Source of the DNA: Dehalococcoidia bacterium
GTDB taxonomy: Bacteria; Chloroflexota; Dehalococcoidia; Lucifugimonadales; CAJWER01
Assembly: GCA_965261325.1 (NCBI GenBank)
Contig: CBDHCU010000001.1
Location: forward strand, 357,620 to 421,619
Length of the DNA: 64,000 nucleotides
Direction of reading: 5' to 3'
Shown: positions 35,292 through 42,895 of the stretch, piece by piece
How positions within the stretch are numbered: the stretch's first letter is position 1
Layout of the letters: the number at the start of each line of letters is the position of its first letter
Notes under the pieces: model-generated
What the model was told of the DNA's origin: nothing
The model's database searches: none
The model's input: only the letters and a program-made list of their open reading frames with translations
Program-made: the position numbers and the translations under genes

Positions 35292-36209
35292 ATGGCATAT
35301 AATGGCGTCGACCAATCATTTTCGACTCCAGCCGAAGATGCAATCCACATGCCATACGCGGCGGATATCAGCAGAAACAACCCGGGCTGCTTCCTCTTCC
35401 TGATCGACCAGTCGGGTTCGATGGGCGAGGCGCTGGGCGGTCAGCCGGAGCTGCGAAAGATGGACGGCGCGGCCGATGCAGTAAACCGCATCCTCGACGC
35501 CATCTCACAGCGCTGCTCGCAGGGCATGGACGTTCGCGACTACTTCCACGCCGGGATTATCACGTACACGACGACCATCCCGAGAATGAACCCGGACGTG
35601 CAGTCCGCCCTCCCGGGGACCTCTCCTAAGAAACCCTTCCTCACCATCAGCCAGGTTGTCGACGCCGCCACCGTGGAGGACAGGCAGGTGAAGGAGCCGG
35701 ACGGCGCGGGCGGCCTGGTGGAAGTAACCCGAAAGTTCCCGGTGTGGCTGAGCCCCGAAGCCAAGTGGGGAACGCCAATGTGCAGCGCGTTGTCCCTGGC
35801 TTCCGAGGCGCTCCACGACTGGATAGCCGATCATCCGAACTCCTATCCCCCTATGGTGATCAGCGTCACCGACGGCGCTGCCACGGACGGGAATCCGGTG
35901 CCCCTGGCCGAAGAGATCATGGCCATGGGAACCAACGACGGCAATGTGCTGATCTACAACGCGCATCTTTCGGAAATGTCCGCGATGCCGGTCCAGTACC
36001 CGTCCGACGAGAGCGAAGTGCCTCCCGACAAGTACGCGGCGCAAATGTTCCGCATGTCTTCGGAGTTTCCCGACCCGGTGGTGGACCTGGCCGTCGGCAT
36101 GGGCCTGCCGGTCACCAAGGGTTCTCGCGGTTACGTCTACAATGCCGACATGGTGGCCCTGGTACAGTTCCTGGACATCGGTACGCGCGCCGCTTCGGAT
36201 CTGCACTGA
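35292..36209 (+). CDS. von Willebrand factor A domain protein (TerY-like)
   Basis: 305 aa. The MIDAS DxSxS motif lies in CFLFLIDQSGSMGE. Later T and D positions are ITYTT and ISVTDGAATDG. No signal peptide. Confidence 0.8.
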   Translation: MAYNGVDQSFSTPAEDAIHMPYAADISRNNPGCFLFLIDQSGSMGEALGGQPELRKMDGAADAVNRILDAISQRCSQGMDVRDYFHAGIITYTTTIPRMNPDVQSALPGTSPKKPFLTISQVVDAATVEDRQVKEPDGAGGLVEVTRKFPVWLSPEAKWGTPMCSALSLASEALHDWIADHPNSYPPMVISVTDGAATDGNPVPLAEEIMAMGTNDGNVLIYNAHLSEMSAMPVQYPSDESEVPPDKYAAQMFRMSSEFPDPVVDLAVGMGLPVTKGSRGYVYNADMVALVQFLDIGTRAASDLH

Positions 36210-36226
36210 TCGATTGGAGGGTGAAG

Positions 36227-37043
36227 GTGGTTCTGCGACCTCTCTCAGAGTTCTTGCTGCCCAAGGCCGGCAACGACCCTGAGGAGTACGAGGACGCTTT
36301 CCGCGTCGTATGCCCTCAGCGAATCGGAGAGTCCGGCAGTGGTGTTGCGCGGATAGCCGTCTCCGACGGCGCCAGCGAGGCCGCCTTTGCCCGGGAGTGG
36401 GCGAACATCCTGACGGACGCCTTCGTCGACCGGCCCCTCGATCTGTGTGGCCTGACCGAGGACTCGCTGAACGCGTGGCTGCTGTCGGCCCGGGAGCAAT
36501 GGGACGGCTGCGTGCCCTGGGACCGAATTCCCTGGCACGGAGAGGCCAAGGCGCGGGCAGGGGCTTTCGCTACCCCTGTTGGGGCTAACCATCGAGGCTG
36601 CGCCGGACAGCTCCGGGCGGCTCTCCTGGAAGGCGTTGGCGGTGGGGGATAGCTGCCTTTTTGTCGTTCGCGACGACCGGCTGTGGTTGTCCTTCCCCCT
36701 GGAAGACGCCGCCCAGTTCGACAACACCCCAGCCCTGGTCTGCAGCAACCCTGATAACGCCGGGGATATGTGGAAAGGGGTACGCCAGGACAGCGGCGAG
36801 TGCGCGGCGGGCGACCTTATCATTCTCGCTACCGACGCCCTGGCCTGCTGGCTCCTCGCCCAGAACGCCGCAGGGGAGAAGCCATGGGAAACCCTGCTGG
36901 CGTTGGACTCGGCGGAATGGGACGCTTGGATCGAAGAGCAACGCCGCGAGGGGCTGATGCGGAACGACGATACCACGTTGATAATCATTGAGGTCGTCCA
37001 GGACAGCGAAGTGAAACGAGAGCCATGCCCTGGCCAGGGATAA
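36227..37043 (+). pseudogene. PP2C-like phosphatase (TerY-P-triad type), reading frame broken by one extra C
   Basis: Frame 2 from GTG 36227 (GGAGG RBS at 36216-36220) reads ...YEDAFRV...IAVSDGASEAAFAREWANILT...GAFAT. Frame 3 continues LLGLTIEAAPDSSGRLSWKALAVGDSCLFVVRDD...ILATDALACWLL...NDDTTLIIIEV. The switch is in acccct at 36572-36577. Removing one C gives a single ~272-aa protein. Confidence 0.65.
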
Positions 37044-38272
37044 CCGACTTTAGCGAGGCTGTCCAGAATCCTCAGCTGTGCTTCATGGGCACTGAGCTCG
37101 AAGCCGGGATGGTGTTAGCCAATCAGCGCGGCATGCCCCTGGTGTTCTCCGGCGCCTTCGCCTGCGTCTATTCCGTGGAGGTCGGGGGCAGCAAGTTCGC
37201 GGTGCGCTGCTTCACCCGCGAGGTGAAGGACCAGCAGACCCGCTACAACCATCTGAGCGAATACCTCATCAACGTCCTCCCCCCGTCCTTCGTGCACTTC
37301 GAGTTCCTGGAGCACGGGATCAGCCTGAAGGGCACCTGGTATCCGGTCGTCAGGATGGAGTGGGTGGAAGGAGAGTCGTTGAGCAGCTTCGTAGGCTCCC
37401 ATCTCAACGACCCGGACACCCTGCGACGAGTCTCGGCCCAGTGGCGCGGGGGCCCGGCCGCCAGTCTGCGGGGGCTGGGTATCGCCCACAACGACTTGCA
37501 GCACGGCAACGTGATGGTGCAGGCAGATGGCAGAATCCGCCTGGTGGACTACGACGGCATGTTCCTGCCCAGATTTCGCGGGGAGCGCAGCCCGGAGCTG
37601 GGGCACAAGAACTTCCAGCACCCCCTCAGGACGGCGGAAGATTACGACGCATACGTGGACAACTTCCCGTCCCTGGTCGTCTACCTCAGCCTGCTCGCCA
37701 TAGCCTCCGACCCCGGCCTGTGGGCCTTCTTCAACGACGACAACCTGATATTTACCAGGAATGACTACGCCGACCCCGGGAAGTCCCCGCTCTTCGACCT
37801 ACTGAAGAAGTCCCCCGACCAGACCGTGGCGAAACTGGCGGAGCGCCTGGAGGAGTGCTGCACGCTTCCCGTGGAGAAGGTGCTGGACCTGGAGACCATC
37901 CTGCACGGCATCCCGCCCACCCCTGCGCCCTCGCCCTCAGCGGCGGCGGCGGCTCCTTCGCTCTCAGCAGCGCCGAGCACCGCCGTACGGGGATACCGGC
38001 AGGCGCTCCAGGCTCGACAGCCGGCGCAGCCCGCCTCAACGGCGACACAATCCCATCCTCCCGCGCCGAAAGCCGCCAGTCCTGTACCGGCGGCGCAACC
38101 CGCTCCGGCGCCGACGACTCAAGCCGCCGCCAACCCCGCCCAGGGGGTCTCGCGCAGGGCCGCTCCCGGAGAGATCAGGAAGGTGCTGCTGGGAGTGACG
38201 GTCACGGTTGCGGCGGTCACCATGGCTTTCGCGGCGATGATGGTCTGGGCCATCTCGGTGCGAGGATGGTAG
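37025..38272 (+). CDS. Membrane-anchored Ser/Thr protein-kinase-like protein
   Basis: 415 aa. Its start overlaps the PP2C-like stop by 19 nt. The catalytic loop reads IAHNDLQHGNVMV and the DFG-equivalent reads LVDYDGMF. A Pro/Ala-rich linker precedes a C-terminal TM helix (VLLGVTVTVAAVTMAFAAMMVWAI). The putative beta3 motif reads FAVRCF, with Arg where Lys is expected. Confidence 0.7.
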   Translation: MPWPGITDFSEAVQNPQLCFMGTELEAGMVLANQRGMPLVFSGAFACVYSVEVGGSKFAVRCFTREVKDQQTRYNHLSEYLINVLPPSFVHFEFLEHGISLKGTWYPVVRMEWVEGESLSSFVGSHLNDPDTLRRVSAQWRGGPAASLRGLGIAHNDLQHGNVMVQADGRIRLVDYDGMFLPRFRGERSPELGHKNFQHPLRTAEDYDAYVDNFPSLVVYLSLLAIASDPGLWAFFNDDNLIFTRNDYADPGKSPLFDLLKKSPDQTVAKLAERLEECCTLPVEKVLDLETILHGIPPTPAPSPSAAAAAPSLSAAPSTAVRGYRQALQARQPAQPASTATQSHPPAPKAASPVPAAQPAPAPTTQAAANPAQGVSRRAAPGEIRKVLLGVTVTVAAVTMAFAAMMVWAISVRGW

Positions 38273-38274
38273 GC

Positions 38275-38581
38275 CTAGGCAGTTTGACATTCGAGCGGCT
38301 CCCAGTCAAATGTCATTGCTATGAAAATAGACAGCAGACAGCCACACCCGTCATTCCCGCGCTCCCTTCCGTCATTCCCGCGAAGGCGGGAACCCATCCC
38401 CGGCAAGGTGCACAGCCATAGCCTCAGCGGCAGTCCGTCACGCCATCCGTCCAAATTAGGTGGTGGATCTGGGGATTCTGAACGCAGCGCAGCGGAGTGA
38501 AGAATCTAGATGGTAGCCTTTGTGCAAGGTTCTTAGATTCCTCGCTGCGCTCGGAATGACATAAATGTCAACACTGCCTAG
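38275..38581. mobile_element. MITE-B copy 2 (307 bp)
   Basis: ctaggcagtttgacatt at 38275-38291 pairs with aatgtcaacactgcctag at 38564-38581. The left ~100 bp and right ~110 bp are collinear with copy 1. It sits exactly between two convergent genes, and its terminal CTAG supplies the stop codon of 38578-39363. Confidence 0.8.
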
Positions 38582-39363
38582 GGCCCTCCGCCGGCCAGGA
38601 GCTGCGGAACGATTCCCAGGACCAGGACGATAACGCCTGTACTGGTGAATACGGCGGCCACGTCACCGAAGAAAAGGACCGAGCCGATCGTCCCGCCGAC
38701 AACAAACGCCACCGAGAGCCTGTTGATCCAGCCGCAGCGCAGCTTGGCCCATCCCACCGCGTCGGCCCAACCGAACAGTACGCCGCGGATCCCGCGCCCC
38801 CAGAGCAAGAGTGTTATGAGGGAGCACGCCAGGAGTAGACCGCCGGCCTTCGAGATTACGTCCAGCGCCGACGTTATTCCCTGGACTTCGGACTCGTAGT
38901 CGATGAAGAAAATCTGGGAGACAAGGATACCGGGAAACGCGCCGGCGGCGAACACGACCAACCCGGCCGCCGCCGTGCCCAGCGCCAGCTTCCCGGCGGG
39001 CCTCATCCTGCGGGTCAATATCGGCGCGCCGGCCAGTCCCAGCAGTTCGAGCACGAGGCTCACGCAGAACATGCTGATGCCGACGACAAGGTTGCAGCCG
39101 CCAAGTACCGCCAGGAGCTCGGTGCTCGTTCGGGGCTCGTGCGCTGGAAGATTCTGCCGATCTTCAGGCGCTCCCAGGAGTTCTATGAGCGGCGTTATTG
39201 CCTGGGTGTGCAGGATACCTCCGACGAACGGACTCCCCACAATCATGAAGACACCGACCGCTATCACGCCCAGCGCCACCTTGTAGGCCACACCCCAGTC
39301 TGCGAGAGTATTGCGGGTCCTCGGCAAGCTGGTTTGCGGGACGTTCGTGTAGGACATGTCCAC
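38578..39363 (-). CDS. Hypothetical polytopic membrane protein (~6 TM)
   Basis: 261 aa with repeated hydrophobic segments (VALGVIAVGVFMIVGSPFVGGIL, LAVLGGCNLVVGISMFCVSLVLELLGL, and others). No recognisable motif. Confidence 0.55.
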   Translation of the reverse strand: MDMSYTNVPQTSLPRTRNTLADWGVAYKVALGVIAVGVFMIVGSPFVGGILHTQAITPLIELLGAPEDRQNLPAHEPRTSTELLAVLGGCNLVVGISMFCVSLVLELLGLAGAPILTRRMRPAGKLALGTAAAGLVVFAAGAFPGILVSQIFFIDYESEVQGITSALDVISKAGGLLLACSLITLLLWGRGIRGVLFGWADAVGWAKLRCGWINRLSVAFVVGGTIGSVLFFGDVAAVFTSTGVIVLVLGIVPQLLAGGGP

Positions 39364-39429
39364 GCCTCCTGTCTCGAGCCGGACTTTGGTCCTGGAAGGC
39401 TGGGGCTTAGCTCGACCGGCCCACGGCGG

Positions 39430-40026
39430 TCATCGCCGGTTGCCGCGGCCTCCTCTCCGTGAAGGCGACACTTCTGACGACTGCTTCGACTTCTGGGCCG
39501 CGTTTCGGCGCTGGAACAACCCGTATACCAGAAGAGCTACGCCGACCCAGAAGAGCACGATGCCCGGCGCCATGACCATGGCTCCGCCGGCCCCAAAGAT
39601 AATCTCCAGCACCAGGGCGGGAGCAAGCAGGATTACCCCAATCGCCACCCCGGCCAGTCCCATCCTGTCCGTCCGGCGCCACGTGGCGGTCGCGGCCATG
39701 TACCTTTCGACAATGCGCCGCGCCGCGCCAATAACCGCAGCCCGCCGGCGGGCTTCCACAAACAGGACTGCCCCAAGTCCACCCAGGAGCAGCACTCCGC
39801 CCAGAGTCCTGATCACCGCACCGAAGCCCACGCCGCTCCCCTGCAGGAAGATCCCGGACGCAACCAGCATGATCCCAATAACCGCACCGGCCGACCCCAG
39901 CGCGTCGGTCGGGCTCTGCTCCCGGAGCGCGGCGAGCAACTTGTCCGCCATCTTCGATAGGAACATATCTGCTATCCTTTCGCCCACTGGACGGACTCCC
40001 TGCGACGTCCAACGAGTAACATACAC
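39430..40026 (-). CDS. Hypothetical membrane protein (~4 TM) with a basic C-terminus
   Basis: 198 aa. TM segments include AGAVIGIMLVASGIFL, LGGVLLLGGLGAVLFV, LAGVAIGVILLAPALVLEIIF and VMAPGIVLFWVGVALLVYGLF. The start may be the internal MFLSKM or MADKLL. Confidence 0.5.
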   Translation of the reverse strand: MYVTRWTSQGVRPVGERIADMFLSKMADKLLAALREQSPTDALGSAGAVIGIMLVASGIFLQGSGVGFGAVIRTLGGVLLLGGLGAVLFVEARRRAAVIGAARRIVERYMAATATWRRTDRMGLAGVAIGVILLAPALVLEIIFGAGGAMVMAPGIVLFWVGVALLVYGLFQRRNAAQKSKQSSEVSPSRRGGRGNRR

Positions 40027-40050
40027 TTTGCGCCACTGGGCTTCAATCCC

Positions 40051-41196
40051 ATGGTCCGAGCAAGGAGGTTGGAGATGATTCCTGAGTTTGTGCAGGGGTC
40101 CGGGCTTGGCGGATTTCTCGCCGTCTTAGGCCTGGCCGGGTCCATATTCATCGCGGCCGGAATCGCTCACTTCGTCTTCTCCCTGCTGATCAAATACAGC
40201 CGGCGAGACGGCCGGGACGCGCTCGACACCAGGATGCTGAGGGCTTTCAGGGGCCCGGTCGTCCTGCTCCTCGTCTCGCTGGGGATATTCCTGGCCTACC
40301 TGCTGATGACCCAGCTGGAGCACCCAACGTTCCACTTCTTCGACAGGCACGACCTATGGGCGACCAAGGTGTGGCTGGTGGTCGTGATAGCGCTGGCCAG
40401 CTATCTCGGCTCTCACATCATCCAGGAGCTTGTCCGGTGGTACGTAGGGCGGATACCCCATCGGACCGCGAGCAGCATGAATTACAGACTACTTGCACAG
40501 GCGCGTTGGATCATCCCCATAATCATCTACACCATCGGCGCGTTGACGGCCCTGGACATAGTCGGGGTCGCCGTCACCCCCCTTATGGCCGGACTCGGCA
40601 TCGGCGGCATCGCGGCCGCGCTCGCGCTGCAGCCCACCCTCAGCAACGTGTTCTCAGGGGCGTTCATGCTGACGGAGGGCGAACTGAACCCGGGAGACTT
40701 CATCGAGATCGAGAATGGCCCGTCCGGGTTCGTGGTCGAGGTAAGCTGGCGCAGCACGAAGATAAGGGACAGGTTCAACAACCTCATAATGATACCCAAC
40801 TCCAGGATGATGGTGAGCGTCATGACCAACTACTACAGCGAGTCGCAGGCCGTGACGGTCATCGTGCAGTGTGGGGTCAGCTACGATTCGGACCTCGAGA
40901 AAGTCGAGAAAGTGGCGAGGGAAGTGGCAATCCGTGTGCAAGACGAAGTCGACGCCGCCATCGACGAATACGAACCTTTAGTCTGGTTCACCGCGTTTGG
41001 AGAGTCAAACATAGACTTCGAGGTCAGGATCCAAGCCGAAGACAGACCAGGCACCTTCATCGTAAGGCATGAGCTGATAAAGCGACTACGCACCAGGCTG
41101 GCCCGCGAGGGCATCGAGATAAACTACCCAGTCCGCAAGCTGCTCGTCCCGCAGCCCGAAAGCCCGGACGGGTTGGAGCGTGTTCACACTAAGTAG
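40051..41196 (+). CDS. MscS-family mechanosensitive channel
   Basis: 381 aa. N-terminal TM helices are followed by the conserved pore/beta-domain pattern LQPTLSNVFSGAFMLTEGELNPGDFIEIENGPSGFVVEVSWRSTKIRDRFNNLIMIPNSRMMVSVMTNYY. The start may be 40075 (MIPEF). Confidence 0.8.
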   Translation: MVRARRLEMIPEFVQGSGLGGFLAVLGLAGSIFIAAGIAHFVFSLLIKYSRRDGRDALDTRMLRAFRGPVVLLLVSLGIFLAYLLMTQLEHPTFHFFDRHDLWATKVWLVVVIALASYLGSHIIQELVRWYVGRIPHRTASSMNYRLLAQARWIIPIIIYTIGALTALDIVGVAVTPLMAGLGIGGIAAALALQPTLSNVFSGAFMLTEGELNPGDFIEIENGPSGFVVEVSWRSTKIRDRFNNLIMIPNSRMMVSVMTNYYSESQAVTVIVQCGVSYDSDLEKVEKVAREVAIRVQDEVDAAIDEYEPLVWFTAFGESNIDFEVRIQAEDRPGTFIVRHELIKRLRTRLAREGIEINYPVRKLLVPQPESPDGLERVHTK

Positions 41197-41290
41197 CGCA
41201 CACTCGTAGACAGTCCCATAGGTGGCGGAGACGCCGCTGAGGTCATCATGAACGGCGGAGTTATGAGTATGGGACACTGGTGGGCCTACT

Positions 41291-41388
41291 CTATAAATAT
41301 GACAGAACCCTCGGATTGCCGTCATTCCCGCGAAAAGCCTGCCCCGTACTCGATACGGGGCGGGAACCCAGAGGGGCGGGGGGCTGGA
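41291..41388. repeat. MITE-A partial copy (both termini missing)
   Basis: taaatatgacagaaccctcggattgccgtcattcccgcgaaaagcctgccccgtactcgatacggggcgggaacccagaggggcggggggctgga matches the MITE-A interior, with a variant inner hairpin. Confidence 0.7.
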
Positions 41389-41613
41389 GGGAACAAAGGG
41401 CACAGCGTTGAGCCTCAAACTTGACGACTTGCAGTGACCTGAGCGGCCACCGGTCGGGGGATACGGCGGCGGAAGCTTCCATGAGTCGCCTGGGATGCCG
41501 CGGCTACGTGGTCGCTGAGATCGAACGGTGTGTACGGTGACAGGCTCAAAGTAGCCGTTGTCTCCACAGCGCGGTGGAGCGCCATTCTGGCCGGGCAGAG
41601 TGGGTCGTGTCGG

Positions 41614-41639
41614 CCCCACCACCCAATTGGGTGGTGGGG
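41614..41639. repeat. 26-nt perfect palindrome
   Basis: ccccaccaccc-aatt-gggtggtgggg. Confidence 0.9.
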
Positions 41640-41671
41640 TGAGGCCCGGCCACTGCCCAGCCTTGCCGGAT

Positions 41672-42335
41672 GGCGGGTTTCAAACCCGCCCCTACGGATG
41701 AGCGCGCAAACATCCCCCTCATCCCTTCGACAAGCTCAGGGCAGGCTCCACCTTCTCCCGCCAGGGGAGAAGGGGCAAGAGGCCGCCCGGCGATCTGAGC
41801 TGGCTGGCGTGGTGTTGGCCCCGCTCGGCCCGGTTGGGCGGCGGGGCGGGTTCAGACCCAGATTTTGAACCGGCTGGGTCTGGGGATGCCGGCCTCGCGC
41901 ATCTTGTCGAAGGGCCGCTTCATCCAGACGCTCTCGGCCTTGGGCGTGGTCCCGGGTTCGCGGGAGCGGCGGCGCTTGGGGCGAAGTTTTCTTCTGATCG
42001 ACCTGGGGTATGCCGGGGCGTACTCCCAGATGTACTTGCCGTACGCGTCTGGGACCTCGCCTGATATCCAGTAGCGGACTTCGTCGTCTTCGTCGTTCTC
42101 CTTGTCTTCGCCATGAAAGGCGGCGGCTACTTCGTCGTATGCCTGGACGAACTTGTGGATTGGGTGGGCCGGGTCGCGCTGGGCTTCGGCGATCTTGCGG
42201 TCGATGTCGTAGCAGCCGCGGCGGGAGTTGGGGGAATCCGGGTCGTCCGCGTCGGCGGGGGCGGGGATGGGTTCCCGCCTTCGCGGGAATGACGGAGCAC
42301 CCTCACCCTCACCCCAGCCCTCTCCCGTCAAGGGA
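41672..42335 (-). repeat. Right arm of the large inverted repeat (IR-R)
   Basis: Reverse complement of IR-L (23296-23925). It begins with an intact ggcgggtttcaaacccgcccctac hairpin and ends at the REP core ccgccttcgcgggaatgacgg. Confidence 0.85.
41852..42331 (-). CDS. Hypothetical acidic/basic small protein, copy 2
   Basis: 159-aa ORF starting with ATG (MTGEGWGEGEGAPSFPRRREPIPAPADADD...). The C-terminal 76 aa are identical to copy 1 despite 6 synonymous nucleotide changes. Confidence 0.6.
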   Translation of the reverse strand: MTGEGWGEGEGAPSFPRRREPIPAPADADDPDSPNSRRGCYDIDRKIAEAQRDPAHPIHKFVQAYDEVAAAFHGEDKENDEDDEVRYWISGEVPDAYGKYIWEYAPAYPRSIRRKLRPKRRRSREPGTTPKAESVWMKRPFDKMREAGIPRPSRFKIWV

Positions 42336-42609
42336 GAGGGGGACGGCGGGAGCCCGCCCTCATCCCCGCCGCCCTGGAAAGCCGGTGTGACGGTCAGGTC
42401 TGCTTCGGCGGTGCCGGGGATGGGTTCCCGCTTTCGCGGGAATGACGATCCGTCGGGCGGGAATGACGGTGCGGCTGCTGGGAACGACGATTCGGTTGCG
42501 GTTGCAGTGTGCGGATCGTCTGCGTTGGCGGTGCTGGGGATGGGTTCCCGCCCCGTATCGCGTACGGGGCAGGCTCTTCGCGGGAATGACGGAGGTGGGG
42601 GATTTGGGG
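42263..42609. repeat. Cluster of three REP-like units plus a MITE-D terminal fragment
   Basis: ggggatgggttcccgc(c/t)ttcgcgggaatgacg occurs at 42263-42295 and 42416-47. The long form with inner hairpin gccccgta-tcgcg-tacggggc lies at 42536-42592. It is followed by ggaggtgggggatttgggg. Confidence 0.8.
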
Positions 42610-42811
42610 ACAGCGAACACGCTAGGAAATTCAGTTAGGTCATGGTATAGTGCTGCGTATTCTTGTCTGAGCAGGGGTGGCAATCGGTGTCACGGATTCC
42701 ATTGCTCACTCACATGACAGAGAACATTCGAGTTCCTGTGGGGTTGTACGCAGCGTCCCGGCTGGGGATGTCTCTCGCGCGCGTGGGGCGCCGGGCGCTT
42801 TGCGTTGTCGT

Positions 42812-42846
<35 letters not shown>

Positions 42847-42895
42847 AAATCATGCCTGCCCTTTTCCTTTGCTAATGGTTCGCCGGTAGCAGGGT

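Noticed and set aside
35744-36652. 302-aa ORF overlapping the 3' half of the vWA gene
   Set aside because: Only its part downstream of 36227 is meaningful, as the N-terminal half of the PP2C-like gene. The upstream part is an out-of-frame read-through of the vWA gene.
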